Source of the DNA: Oculina patagonica
Taxonomy: Eukaryota
Reading direction: 5' to 3'
Assembly: GCF_052425735.1 (NCBI RefSeq)
Contig: NC_135765.1
Span: 31,992,001 to 32,056,000 of the forward strand
Length of the DNA: 64,000 bases
The position numbers were made by a program, and so were the translations under genes. The notes below the pieces were generated by a model. It worked only from the letters and a program-made list of their open reading frames with translations. It had not been told where the DNA came from and did no database searches. This document shows, piece by piece, positions 1-14,218 of the stretch. Each line of letters opens with the position of its first letter. Within the stretch, counting starts at the first letter, position 1.

Positions 1-86
1 CGCCTCTTACCACTCAGCTTAGCTTATTATACATTGGGAGGCAGCGTGGTGGGGTGTGGTCCTTTATTTTGTTTTTATCTTTTAAG

Positions 87-2505
87 TTGGCTTCACCACC
101 AAAGATGTAGTCTACAAGTGGATTTCATCGGACAGTACTCAAGCGGTGGAAAAGGATCCAAGTCTCACCACATCAGAGTTTGACATCGGTCCTATAAGAA
201 TATTTGAATCTGCTACAATGTATAAAACGGGTAAGTAAAAACAGCTTATGGCTAATTTTTTTAATATCTTTTATTAGGAAGCCTTCATTCACTATACAGT
301 GGCAGAAGGTCTAACTAAGATAAAAATACTTAATAAGAATATACAATAAAACGAAAAATATCTAAAAATTAAAAACTATTCTACAAAAAAACAAACTATT
401 TCTACAAAAGAAAGAATTAACTAAAAAACCTACTTAGAACGCTACGCTTAAAATTTACAAAATTAAGCTGCGATTTTCACTCCCAAAATGATAAGCAATA
501 AATCGTATACTCATTGCATTATGCTGGTGTGACTGTTTTCGAAGTACTTGTGAATCCTGGCGTTTTGTCTGATTGGATAATAAAACTCAGAAACTCTTCG
601 AGCGCGTTAACGAAGAGGAATTGGCGGCCAGGCATACATCACAGAACCAGAATCAAAAGATTTAGTAAAATGAGGCTGCTCAAATATTTACATTCGCTTT
701 AACATTTGTTTGTTTGTTTAGGGATGTTTTCTGGCTTAAAAATGGAACTGAACTTCAAAAGAAGATCTGTTTATTACTTGATACAGATCTATATTCCAAG
801 TGGCATGATAGTAGTTCTCTCGTGGGTGAGTTTTATCCTTAATATGATCCAATCTCAAATAAATAAAAGCAATCATCACAATAAAATAAAGCATAGACAT
901 TCACATAATTTAGTCGTTAAAGCATTAAAGAGATTTCGCATGTTAAGTTATCATTTGGAATATTCTCTGGCGTTTCTTCGTATGAAAACAGTGTAAGTTA
1001 TATTAAATCTTTGGAGTGTATTATGCCTACAAGTTGATGTGTATACATGTTTGTATCAATAAAAATCTAGCTGTTGCTTAACCTCTCCCAAAGGATTCGC
1101 TCAGCTTCGTGCATTTGAGTAGATCTATAACGATTGTTACTTTTAAAATTTTTTTAATGTCTCCAATTCGATTAGCTTTACAGCTTAACACTCGGACACG
1201 TAATAAAGTTCATACATTCGTGCCAAAAACTGCAAAAATAATCTTTCCTGTACAGACTGTTCCACAAATGCAAAACATATGTCTGCTGATTATCTCTGAA
1301 TAGTGGACTCCTTATTCAAGGAGAATTGCATGTAGTATTCCTGACGATGTTTTTACTTAATTTTCTATTTCGTCACACATTTCCACAGATATCTTTCTGG
1401 ATCGATAATCAGTCGATTCCCGCCCGAACAGCGCTTGGTATTACCACAGTGCTCGCCATGACAACGCTGTTATTTGGTGTCCAGTCCTCTCTCCCTAGTG
1501 TGCCGTATATCAAGGCCGTGGATTTATTCATGATTGTATCGTTTGCTAACGTCTTCGCTGCACTGGTGGAGTTTGCGGTTGTGAACTATACAAGCATGCG
1601 CGAAAAGGAGAGGAAGCAAGTGAAAGACTCAAAACCATCCAAAAAGAAATACACTGTAGTAAGTAAATCTCATATTCACAGACACTAAATTCATGAAGAA
1701 TTGATGGCTTTGAAAATTTTATACGGGTATTGTTAAAACGCTTACTGACACAAGTCTTCGTTTTGCAGCTTCGAGTTTGATGTTTCCCCCTGTTTGTTAC
1801 AACTTGCATGTTTTGTCACGTTTAGCACTGGTTGCATGTTTTCCCGCGTTTATCGCAGGTTGCATGCTTCTCGCGTTTATCGCCTTTTGTTTCCCGCGCT
1901 TGTCACTGGTTGAGTGTGTTGCCGCGTTTGCCATCCATTGCAGGTTTTGCCGCGTTTACCACTTGTTACATTTTTTGCTTTTAATTTGATTGGCTATTTC
2001 ACTCACTTTGCTGCCGTTATGATTGTGCCAGTTATGTTCTAGTTTTAGTTTTATGAAAGGAAATGGCAAAAACCTTAACTAATATCCTCTTTTGCTAATA
2101 TGCCTTTTCCGTCAACAGAACCCTGACATTGTTATGCTAAGCTTCCGCAATTTGTCTTACGAAAATGAAGGCGGAAACGAACATCATTTACAAAATGGCG
2201 TTACCCACAATGGAGTCATCAATAACATTGACAATAATAACTCTCATCACAAGCCGGACGCACCAGTCAGCAATGGCACTATTGGTGAACATGATTCATG
2301 TGACGAAACGTATTTGTCACGTGATTACCCACATGTCCAAGAACCTTCGTCCAATCGTTCAAAAAAGTGCCGCTGGCGATGTAAAATCACAGCCAATGCT
2401 ATCGATGCTTGGTCACGCATTCTCTTTCCGTTAGCGTATGGACTTTTTATCGTGGCTTACTGGATTATTTATTCATCAGCAACACGGACGATGGAGGGAA
2501 ATTAA
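87..2505 (+). CDS. Cys-loop ligand-gated chloride channel subunit (GABA-A/glycine receptor-like), 3' part; 5' exons lie outside the window
   Basis: Exons 87-230, 722-825, 1389-1658 and 2119-2505 have AG/GT boundaries and join in frame. Translation: [11 protein letters not shown]...YKTGMFSGL, M1 [23 protein letters not shown]2 [17 protein letters not shown]3 [29 protein letters not shown]4 [21 protein letters not shown]. Confidence 0.93.
1790..1975. repeat. Degenerate ~28-bp tandem repeat (ttttcccgcgcttgtcactggttgcatg-like), intronic
   Basis: About six imperfect copies of cgcgttt/cgcgctt...ggttgcatg. This explains the low-complexity ORF 1777..1989. Confidence 0.6.
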
Positions 2506-4435
2506 TGACAGGCGTGGGACTGATGTATGATGTGTAAATTACCTTAGTATCGCAAGTATTTACGCTGGGACGAACGAATAATGGCCTAGGGAGTTTGTGG
2601 GTACTACAAAAATTTACATCAATGAAATTACATGTAAATAAACAAAATGACATATTTTAAAAAGGCTAGCCACATCACTTGTACCTAGTTTTCAATTCGT
2701 TTCTCTAAATTCATAAGAGAAATTAAGGACAGGAACGTTCCAGGCTTGTCAATTGAAGAAAGGTAAGATACCAATGCTACATTTATTTACAGTTGGAATT
2801 CTACGGAAACTTGTTGATACACTTTGACTACCAAGATGTAATCTAATCAGGAGGTCACCTTATGGACTAATGCTGTTTTCATGGGAAGCCTTATTTCGAA
2901 ATTACTCCTAAAATTAAAAACCTGACCGTGACAAAATAAAAATGAATAAGAAATCTTCATAGAATAACGATTTTAGTTTCGCTTTCTAAGAAAAATAATA
3001 ACCAGAAAATTCCATAACTAAAATATTTGTATTTACCATTCTCCAAACAAGCAAAAATCAAATTAAATACATTCTCGATGCTCATTTTATCCAATATTTT
3101 CTTAAGAAAAAACTATAATTCGCATGTTCGTAAGTTTTTGAGAGTCTACAGCAAAGTTGAAATTTGTAAAGGTATACAAGAGTTTTATAGGAAAGTATTA
3201 GTGAGTACGCCCTCATTAGCAAGTTTTCGAATATGAAGACCTGGTCAGATGAATCATGATGGAGCATGTCTAGTAATTATTTAGCAACCTTTTCACCCCC
3301 CCCCCCCCGTTAATTAGGAATGTTGCCTCGTGATGTGATCGTTTGGCCACGTCGTTGTAATATATTTACACCAAATCACAGATTCGACATGTTAGTTGCA
3401 TTCATTTGCGCTAATTGCCCAGCCCTTGTGCAACACACTTTACAACATGTCAATGTTGGATCTGGTAATAGTCTTCGCGCGTTTCCCAAAGTATAAGTTT
3501 ATAGAGTTTAAATATAAAAATTCAGTGACTTTGCATTTGCTACTTTAACGAGACATTAAACAATAATGCTGATAGCTGTCTTGTGACGAGAAAAAGTGAA
3601 AACCTACAAGGCCACCCCGGGGTTACTTTTACCTCCGTTTCAAGATGAGGCTGGGTGGAAAACCTTTCAAATGGAATGATAGTTTGGTTTGCGTGTTCAT
3701 TCAAATGGAAATCAAATTCATTCTCAAACAAAAGGTTTTGCACAAGGCCTCAGGTTGAAGCCGAGGCAACAAAAAATGGCCGATTCTTTAGTAATGCAAC
3801 CCTGAAACGTAGCTTGCTGTAAATAATAGGCATCTATTGCACTAATGAATAAAACTAGTAAACAAAGTTTTGATATAAATAAAATATGAATTACGATCAG
3901 CTGTTTTTTGTGTGTGGATATTCTTTCAGTTCAGCAAAGGCTACAAACTCTATTAAATCTCTATCTTTATTTCCTCTACTTTTGGCATAAGATCTTAGAT
4001 ATAAATTAAACAGTCTTTATTTTATCTTTGTTAAATTCTTTAAATTTTACATATTACTTTTTCTATCTTCATGGTATTGCATACCAATATATATTATTAC
4101 TTGCATTTTTAAAATGGAATTTGTAAAACATACCTAAGAAAATGTTTCTCACAATAGACTAATATAACACAAACTAATATTTATGGTGTTTTCGTTCACG
4201 TGAAGCGTTCTAAGTCATTTTTCTTATTACTTTACAAATTGAAGAAAAACCTTAAAAGAATAGTTTTCTAACATAGAAAAACAACAAAGGAGTAATAAAA
4301 ACGCAAAAAGTAATCAGGGATTGTTTCGACTGACGAAGATTTCGACGGATTTATATGAATAACAAACTTGTGACTTGCGCGATGCAGTCGTTGTGTCACC
4401 CACAAATGACCACTGCTCACCATTAGAGTTCTCAG

Positions 4436-4521
4436 TAGCTCAGTGGTCAGAGCGTCCGACTAGTGTACGGAAGGTCGTGGCTTCGAGTCCCATCTGTGAA
4501 CTCAGAATTTTTTTCTGAGTT
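4436..4521 (+). repeat. tRNA-derived (SINE-like) sequence followed by a small hairpin
   Basis: A-box-like TAGCTCAGTGG, D-arm-like tagctcagtggtcagagc and B-box-like gcttcgagtcc, then the inverted repeat aactcagaa-ttttt-ttctgagtt. No canonical acceptor or anticodon stem. Confidence 0.6.
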
Positions 4522-5263
4522 CTTTCTCTCCACACATCAATCCATTATTATTTATTTGTAAAAACTTGCCAATTTTTTCAAGATTCGTTGTCCATGACGT
4601 AGCTCGTTTAAACCTCAGAAGGAATAAAAGGCACACTGCGGTGACAAACATGACAAAACAGCGCATGTCGTAAAACCTTTGCGTTGTTTTGTCATTTTTG
4701 CCATCGCAGTCAAGTGCGCCTTCTATTCCTACTGAAGTACTTTTGGTTTTTCGGTCAGAAAATCCGTCTCCGAGCATTGCGTAAGCCCGCGGCTTTTCCC
4801 GGAAAGGACGTTGCTAAGTAACATGACGTATCCATGGCGACTAACTTGAAGCGAAAAATGAGCAGAGTGTTGGAGCGACTTCTGCTTGTGTCTCAGTTAA
4901 GAACCGATTTGTTTTTCAGGTATTTATGCGAAGATTTGCCACGAACAGAATTTTTCCTCGGCTGCAATGCATGATAAAATCCGTAAGCGTTATATACTTA
5001 AAGCTTTGCAAGTATATTTACATATTTTTTAAGAAGCTTTAAAAATAACTTAAAAGGAAATGTGAACAACAATTATCGATAAAAGCGAAATTTACGAAAT
5101 ACACTATACTTTAGCTCCTGACCTAATTTTCGTGCACTTTCTTATAGTTCCTATAGTTCGAACTTTGATAGGAATCAAAATTCTTTGCCTTTGAATTTAG
5201 TAAGCTCATCTAAATGAACTCGCTGAAAGAAAAAAAAATGCATTTTACTACTAAGTAAAAGTT

Positions 5264-8200
5264 CTATTTTATACTTTTTTTGTTTAATCGTTGTAAACCC
5301 TCCCTGGCGCCAGTGTGCATATAATCTTTCTTCAGCACTTCATGATAATAATGTCTGGCTTCTTTGAGTGAACCTTTGAGCTCCAGAATCCTGCCAAGGA
5401 CGTACTCGGCATCCTTGCTGTAAACATCATGAGCCAGGATATAACGAACCTCAGATTCAGCGGAATCAAGTTCTCCCTGGAAGGAAAGAAAAATGGTTTA
5501 TTAACAGCGCGGTTATAAGCTCTATGAGCTTCTTGTTTAGACGGATGCATGCGAAGCTACTGTATATGACACAACAACAACAACAACAACATTTTCATCA
5601 ACAACAACGACAACGACCAAGTTAGGCAACACAATTAACCAGAAAATATAAGAAGGTGTATTCAGTGTCAATGTCTCAAGTTCGTTTCAATTTAAATTTT
5701 AATGTTAACAATATTTATGATGACGATTTTAATGGTAATAAATGACGCTAACAACATAACAAATTGAAGAACAAATGACATTTTTTCAGAACCTTTAGAA
5801 GGTGAATTTGAACAAGTAGAAGGCGGCCGTCCAGATCCGAAGGTTTTAAGGCAACTCCTTTTCGTAAATACTCTTCTCCCTGAAAATTAAATCATCAAAA
5901 ATACCCATCAAAGATTTTCACCCTCGAATATATTAGCATCAATTCAAGATAGCACAAAGTTATGGGCGCTTTCCATTCGACCAAAAATTTGTTTGGTTTG
6001 GAATTGTGGATGGTTTTTTTTGTTTGGAGAAATTTTTTTTTGTGAAGCAAGGAAACTATATGAAAGGTTATGTTAGGAACATGCTCAGTCCGGGCCATAA
6101 CCAGAACTGGATATGTGGTGACGTCATCAGAAAAGGCAATATGGCCGCCAAAGCTAGGCACCGTCACAGTGTGTAAATGAAGAAGTGTTTACCTTCTTTA
6201 TTCCCCTTTCGCTTCCACTTTTCACTTTTTTCTGCAAAACCGGCATCACAAGCATCTTACCAAGTGTGAGGAAAGGAATTGGATCCGATGGTGTCAACTT
6301 TGTTGTTTTAATGTATCTCTCCTCTGCTTTCTGTGGTCAAGAAAAAAAAAATGAAATGTTTCCCATTCAAGTAATCAGAGATTTGGTGGGTATATGGCCC
6401 CGGTGGGAGGGAGGAGTTCGGCAAGTAAAAAGACAAAATCAGTTAGCTCTAGTCATTGTTAGTAACAACCAGCCGTCCCTCCCTGGTAAGAGCGCGGTAA
6501 GCGTGGAGTTATGGGCCTTCTAACTCTTAACCGACGGAATGGAGGCGCTAGGGATGAGGAAGTCCAGAGAACTTGTGTAGAATTTTTTTTCAAACCATCA
6601 ATAAGGTAGAAAGCTCTAGCAAAATGCACACAAAAGGATCAGGTCATTTATTGATTGGTTTGGTCGCCTTGGTGGCACAACTTTTTTCCCGGTATAAGCT
6701 TGGTCGTGTTGATAGCTTCTCACAATAAAAGCACTGTTATCCCACAATTTATGCACCTTTGACAAAAAAAAAACGCAAGACGCCTATACCTGATTATAAT
6801 ATTATTTATACTTCACCTTTTGTTTCCCAAGCTTTTCCAACACCACGCCATGAAAGTAATTGAGTTGTGGATTGTTAGGTCTGAGAGACAGTGCCTTCTG
6901 GTATTGAACATCCGCTTCACTGAATCTTCCCGTCACACGTAACAAATGTGCAAGGTTTATGTTGCCGTCAGCACTGTTAGGTTTGATTGACAGGGCTTTT
7001 AAGTAGCATTTCTCAGCCTCCTGCGCTCTCTCTGTGAAAAAGAATGTACAGGTAAACGTGGTCTGCACGTGGACTAAAGTGCCCGCAGCATTATTCGGAC
7101 AGCGTGCCATAACAACTTGCCAGTACCCACACAGCGGTGTTCACAGCGGACAAACGTGGCGCGCGTGCGCTGTTCCCACAAAACTGCTGCTTATAAACGT
7201 CTGAAAAGTTAAGCTTTGTACGCCGCTTATGCATAAGAAATTTGATAATTGCCATTGACATAGTTTCCCGGCTCGTATTTTTGTTTCCCATGTAATGCTA
7301 TTTTTGTAACGTTTTACTACAAAAGTCTTGCACCTTTTTGCGCATTCTCGTCCCCAGAGGCCGCGATCCTTCTGGTCAGCTGACCAGAAGGATCGCAGCC
7401 TCTGGAGACGAGAATGCTTTTTGCGTCAAATTCAAAGAAAAAATCGATGCGGCGAAAACCCGGAAGTGACGTTGGATTATTGCGTTTGACCGAGCACCCA
7501 TCCACACTCGTGGATGGAGAGGGAGAGACTAGAGTTCAACGACTCAACAAAAATACCGTTTTCCCACAGTACTAAAAAATGTTCGCACATTTTTTTACAT
7601 TACGAAGTAACTACTGGAAGGTTTAACGATCCTTCTACGAAGATGTTTGACCAAACTAACATGGGACCTCTTCTCGGACTGTTATTCTTTTAAGGGCTTC
7701 AGTAGCTTTAAACTTTCCTACCTGTGTTAAGCAGCACTAGACCCAGGTTCTCCCAAGCTGCGACGTAATGTGGCCTCAGGCGCAAGGCCTCACGGTAATG
7801 ACCTTCACAAGACAACAGGCCCTGAGGAGAAAATAACAGATTAAGTTTCCAGTTTTACTGGGGTTTATTCTGTGCTTATTTCCCATGCAGGTCAATTTTT
7901 TATAGAACTAAAACACTCCTTTAGATCATAACAAATTCATTAAAGACCCGTTCACACAGGCGATTTTTGTCGCGCAACTCAAAGGCAATTTCTGTCGCGC
8001 CGAAGTTGCATGAAGTCTGCTGCGATATCGCGGCGATAAAAATGTGATAAGTCGCCATGAAGTCGCACCGAGTTTTCACGCGTGTAAACTAGGGAGGATA
8101 AAATCGCTGCGATATCGCAGGAGTTTCAAACCTGTTCGAAACTTGATGCAACTTCGGCGCGACAAAATCGCCTGTGTAAACGGGGCTTTAAGTTTGGGTG

Positions 8201-11200
8201 CGTCAAATTGTCAAAGGAAGTGCGACGAAGTGGCAAGGTAACAGACTGACACACATTATACGTCTGCAATGTGTGCAGAGAGATGTATTATCTTACATAA
8301 TAGCTCTAAAATGCCTGCAGTCAGGTAAATGATATTAGGCTCACCTTCTTTGCTATAACATTTCCTAACATAACATGGATCTTGGCGTTCGTAGGGTTAA
8401 CTTTGAGTCCTGATCTGGCCAGGGTCTCCTTGTTTTGCCATTCTGCATTACGGTGTACTGTTTTGAAAGCAAACACTAACAGAAGACTGTAAACAATTAC
8501 TATGCCGGCGGCGTTGAGACCAAACGACCAGCTTATTGATGACGTTTCTTTCTTGACTTTTTCTTCAGAGTCCTGAATCGCGAAGGAAAAAAAGTGACGA
8601 AGGTATCATTCTGTTTTACAAATAACTCCAGATATAACAGTCCAGAGAAACCGGTTATTATAAATAAATAGCTATGCCCCAAGGATAGTTGGTCGACAAA
8701 GGGAAGTTTTTATATGGCGGAAACACAACTAGACAAATAAACAGCAGTGCTACATTTGGCATAAAGACTTTCTGTTGATTTCTTAGGTTAACAACGTGTA
8801 GAATCTTACCGTTGGCTCATTTTGTTTCAAAGAGTCTTAAGTTCAACCATGCAAGAACAATGACATACGCATTTTGTTCTAGAAATTCTCTTTAGCTTAC
8901 GACAAACGCCATTTTGTTGTTTCAAAAAGGCCCCCAACGATCTTAGGCAGAAAGTCATTATTTTTACTCAGTAGAAAAATAATTAGACACCTGATGAAAA
9001 CTTCTTTCACGTACATCCCTATGCTCTAAGCTGGTGCACATTCTCCCCGCTGCCGGTTCAAGAGTGAGAAAATGGAACCATAGCTCACCTCCTTTGTTAG
9101 GGATTCTCCTTTCGTTGAATCTTGAAATAAGATCGAAATTCCAAAAGGAACAAGAAGGCAAAGACCCATACTTGGAATGTAAAGAATTCTCTCAGCGACA
9201 ACAAATCCAACGGGGAGAAAGAGATTGGAAGCCGGTAGAAAAGGTATGATCAACATAGCTAATGAAAGCAACACCACTCGTCTTCTGTGTAGAGAATCGC
9301 ATTCGTTCTGTAAAAAACAGAAGAAACAAATGTTAATAACTTAATGCTATAAAGAGGTCTTAACCGATTAGTTTGAAAAGTAATGACGCGTTTATTTAGG
9401 TTTTACTTTTTATTGCTTCAAGACACCCGTGCATTACTGTACATCACGCACTGGCCAATCAGGAAGACGACACTTGTTCACACAGCCAATAAGGTGACAC
9501 CAGAGGTTTGAACATTTCCCGCGCTTTTCATCTACTACCAACACTGCCTGATTTTGATTGGTTGGTGAAGTAAGTTACTAGCTTTGTGATTGGATGTCAT
9601 TTTAGGACAGTCACTGGTTAAATGCTTTAATAACAGAATATACTGTTGTGGTGTTAGCTTTACTTGTGACAATGAAATCTTACTGGTTTTTTTTTTCACA
9701 TTGAAATCCAAGATAGCCATTGAATTTAAACAACAGAGAAGACCTTTATAAAACTATGCACAGTTCCTACACCAAACCTCTTAATTGAATGACGATCACT
9801 TACCGTTAACGTTTTTTCTCCAGAATTCTGTGGTTCTTTAATCTTCATTTCCTTTCGCGCGTGTATGTTATTATCATTAGCATCTAACGTTAAAGAATTT
9901 GGTGAACACAGCTTGGGCTTTTCAGTCTTTTCAGGTGATGAGAAGGACGTGTTAGAAGATTTCACACCTGCAAAATTACATATAATAAGGCTAATGTCAT
10001 CACATGTGGGCTTTACATGAGTATGACCTGCACTCGAAAATAACCTTAAGCTAACTTAGAAACTGTTTTATTACTGATGGACATTACAGCTCCTCAGAGA
10101 GCACGGGAATTACTCATACATAAGGGCACTTATTTTTGATCTGTGACGCGCATGTTCAACTTCACAGAAATGATTTTTGAACGAATAAATATGTGGGTTG
10201 GGCTTGGGGGACTCTTTGCAATTTCGGACGATGTGTGCCGCTGTGCCTACAAAACTTTCTGTTCCCACCTAAATGCAAAGATATTGATACCCTTTTTTAA
10301 GCTCCTTCTAAACTAAAACTGGAAATTTCTAACCCATGGTTCCAGTGTAAACCGATTGAAGTCCTGTTGTTTAAGATGCATGCACGATTTTTACGGAACT
10401 CTTACCATAACAGAACAACCAAGCCACGGCCACACTAAACGCAAGAGTTTCCGCATTGCGCATGTCCCACCAGGTTTCAATCCGGGATATGCTATCCATT
10501 GACCAATCATAACACAGGATGTTTGGACATAGAAGAAGGCGCGCGTTCAATGCACACAAGTAAGAATACGTTCTAAAGCGCGTCCATACGTCAGGGTGAA
10601 ATAACGTTGGATTGTCAGACTCGGTAAAAGAAAGAACAAATCCTCCAGAAATTATCACAATTCGTAAGTAGAGAAGAATTACAGCCACAAAGGCCAAGAT
10701 GGAAATTCTTTCGACCAAGCGCACAGTCCACTTTGGCCACTGCCTGAAACTGAAAACGAGAAAGAAAATAAAAATTTTCAAGAATATATCATTGAATTCG
10801 ATTAACAAGGGAACAAGGACCCTTTTATGTCAGAATTCCCGTTGTAGCCCGCGATTCATTAGTCCGCAGGGTCGTTTCCAAGCAACATGTCATGCAACGG
10901 GTGGATGACCAACGTCGTTCCCAGGGTCTCCTCTTCCTTCTTCGAAGGAGAAAGACAAGACCGGCCCTGGGAAAGAGGTTGGCCAACGGTACTTCTCGTA
11001 CTACTTCCGACTGGTCAACAAGAAAAAATCCTCGGCTACTTTTACAAGAGTTTTATAATACAAACAGCGTGCACTTATCACCCTTCGCTCCCCCCCCCCC
11101 CCCCAACAAAAAAGAAATCATTTACGATTCTTACCTAAATAACACCGTAGGCGAAAACGAGGCTTTTAACAAATACCCTGCGTTGAACTTGCAGACGAAT

Positions 11201-14200
11201 ACAAAGTCATACACAACACAAACTCCAAGAACTGTGATGCCGTTTTCTTTGCTGAATAGAGATAACACGCACCAGAAAATGCAGGAAGCAAGCCAGAGTC
11301 TTGAATACTTTGTTGGTCTTTTGCTGCTGTCGTTTGTAGTTCCCTCAGAGAAACAGTTAAAGTACGACAGCAACGCCAGAAGATAGAAAAATCCACAAAG
11401 AATATCCGCGCGACCAACAACGTTTGCGATAGCCTCAGTGTGGATTGGATGAAGCGCGAAAAATAATCCACACAGTAGAGACAATGAATTCGTTTTTGAA
11501 CAAGCGCAGCCGTTAAAAATTCTTGTACATACATGAAGAAATAACATAGACACTACACTGTGTAAAAGAACATTAACTAGATGATAACCTATTGGATTAA
11601 GGCCTCCCAGAAGAAAGTTCCATCGAAATGTAAGAACAGTTATAGGACGGTAGGATTTGTGTGAGTCATTTCGTTTCATCGGAAGGCCCCAAAAGTCGTT
11701 TGCAAACAAGTTAGAAATTGGAGATGAAGTTCTGCAAAGGAAGAGATATATTTAAAGTTAATTAACTTTGCGGTGCAACAACTAAAAGAATTTATTGATT
11801 TATCATTAGCGTAACATGTTTAACGGCCTATTAACTGGCAAAACAGCACCTCTACTTGGAGTCTGGTCGTAAAAGTCGATCGACACGAACGGTTCCTCTC
11901 GTAGACATTCGAGCGCGCACCCTTCACCGCACCCCCCTCCCCCCAGCCTCTAGCTCGCAATGGCTTACCTCGATATTAAATTGACTGGGCTCAGAGAAGG
12001 AGATTTGTACCTAAGAAGCGACACTTTATAATCTTTTAGTGTATCGGTAAATTGTAAACGACAACCGTTTGTCGTTTGTGCCTCATTTGAATTCAAGTGC
12101 GGGAAACTCGAGGTCTTTTCGTCAACCACAAAAACGTCATCCTTTGTTTTTATAAATTTATCTATGCTAAACTACACTGCAGTTTCAGTTTGTGGTTAAA
12201 ATAGGGAGCAAGAACATGTACTGAAATATAACCGCAAAAACCGACATTTGTATTTTTTGACAATGCACCTGTCAAAGTGGTTAGTTGCAGATTTTTAAAA
12301 TAATATATCTATGTACGTCTATTCTTGACCATGGGTTGATTTAAATATATTTCTTTTTAGCTTTTTTTCGGTTCTGTAGCATGAGGCGTCTAGTGGTGTG
12401 CTAGTCGCTAGCATTTCTGTCAGTTTAGAGAGAGGCCCTGCTCACTGGAGTGCACTGAATTGACTTTATCGTGAATTTACAACTCGATACAACTGGGTTC
12501 CTTTCGAAAGCGCAAACCACTTACAGAAAAACTGAAAGACTTAGGATAAAGCTCGCGTTTGGAGAGATCCGAGGATCTTTAGAATTCTAGTCCCGCGAAA
12601 ACGCGCCGAATTGAAGAAAACGCTTGGAGATGTCACATTTAACACTCGGCCTGGAAGTCTCTTTGGAAAACCAACACAAATGTCCTATACTCACAAAACA
12701 CTTCAGTAACAAAATTCGGCTGTTCTATAAAAACTACTTTGATAATTGAAACTTCACCACAGCTCTAAGCTTTTCACGGCCAATTTGGGCATTACCTTTT
12801 ATCAAAAAATTTTGTCGCGGTTTTATCCAAAGCATGTGTCTCCTTCGATAATTCTAAGTGGCATGTTTTTCTTCATATCATTTCGGTCTCAAATCCTGAG
12901 TTATTAATTTCTAATATCTCCTTACAAAAACAATTCAAGCAGGAAGGAAACAATCAAGAAACGTTTCGCACAAGGCCAAGGAACTGAAAGGGGTTTTAGA
13001 AATTCGCAGGTCGGGTGAAGTTTGTGTCAGAAAGTTTGTGATCATTATTCCAGATTAACTTCAGAATTTTTTCCTTTAAAAATTTCTGTGGGGCTGGTTT
13101 CGTGACTTCTACATCGACAAATGAGAATTTGACACTTTTCATAGGTCAATCTCGTACAAACCCCTACATCTTGACAGACAATTAGCGCCCTTGTTCCTGG
13201 CTTATTAACATGTACATAAACCAAGCTTACGTGTTACAATATCTTTCCATCTCATGCACTATTAAAGAATGTGTGATCGGCACTCTTAGACCTCTTACAT
13301 TCAATAACTACGAACGTTTCTTTAATTACCCTTTTCGGCTTACAAAAATTTGCATTTTGTTTGGTTATTAATTTTGCATGGGGTCTTGTTCAAAACACAA
13401 TTGAGCCGAATTTTTTTCTATTTTCTTAAGCTAAAAACAAACAATCTCCACAGTCGAAGTTAACAAAGTTGATATTTCTTGTTAAAATCGTACATTTGGT
13501 CAAATATAAAGGTAACATGTTCGATTACCGGGCTGATATCTTCATAGTTTTGTTTAAAACAATTAAGAAACCGCAGATTAATGGTGTCAGAAAACAATTA
13601 TGTTACGAAACTGACGTTTCATAAATTACCCTCTTGCAAATTCGGGAACAGAGCTCACAAGCGGAAAAACATAAATTTAAACTCAGATCTTACTTTAAGA
13701 CAAGAAAATGTCATGTAATAATACTCGCTAAGGTTATCGTTCAAGGATTGCCTTACACAATTTCAAAACCTTGCAATGTTAAATTGAACTAGACGGCATT
13801 GTATTAGTGTCATCGCTGAAATTAATACGAGCCACAAGCCAATTTTAAAGTTTCGCATTCGGCTCGTTTACCATTATTTTTTTCCGCAAAGGAAATCCCT
13901 CACTCATCTAAGACTTTTTCGCTTTTAAAACCCATTTTAGTAGTTAGGCACGTATGCGTAACTCATCGCTAAGGTTATCGCATCGTGGTAAACAATGGGC
14001 TTAAAATTACAGACGGAAAATACATTCGCTCACCTGATGTCCGAGTTCGTCTCAATGACTTCATAGTCGTCATAAACAAACTCCCCAAACAGGGAGTTTA
14101 AATAACACACAATCGCAGTGATCCCTACAAGAAGGTAGGGTTTAAAATTGCGCGTTTGATTCGGTGATTTTTCCGTTTCTTTCGAATGTTTTCTGTTTAA

Positions 14201-14218
14201 ATTTTGTAAGCGCGCCAT
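5264..14218 (-). CDS. TMTC: TMTC-family protein O-mannosyltransferase (TM + DUF1736 + TPR), ~827 aa, 11 exons
   Basis: Exons 14218-14034, 11731-11135, 10743-10406, 9967-9804, 9307-9089, 8572-8345, 7821-7722, 7031-6817, 6330-6193, 5879-5793 and 5476-5264. All phases are consistent (2484 nt). Motifs: [40 protein letters not shown]...[33 protein letters not shown], then TPR repeats. Paralogue number not assigned. Confidence 0.93.
7940..8191. mobile_element. MITE in TMTC intron
   Basis: TIRs ttaaagacccgttcacacaggcgatttt / aaaatcgcctgtgtaaacggggctttaa, with a largely palindromic interior. Confidence 0.8.

Noticed and set aside
4436-4500. Functional tRNA gene
   Set aside because: The acceptor and anticodon stems do not form canonically, and the T-loop motif is altered.
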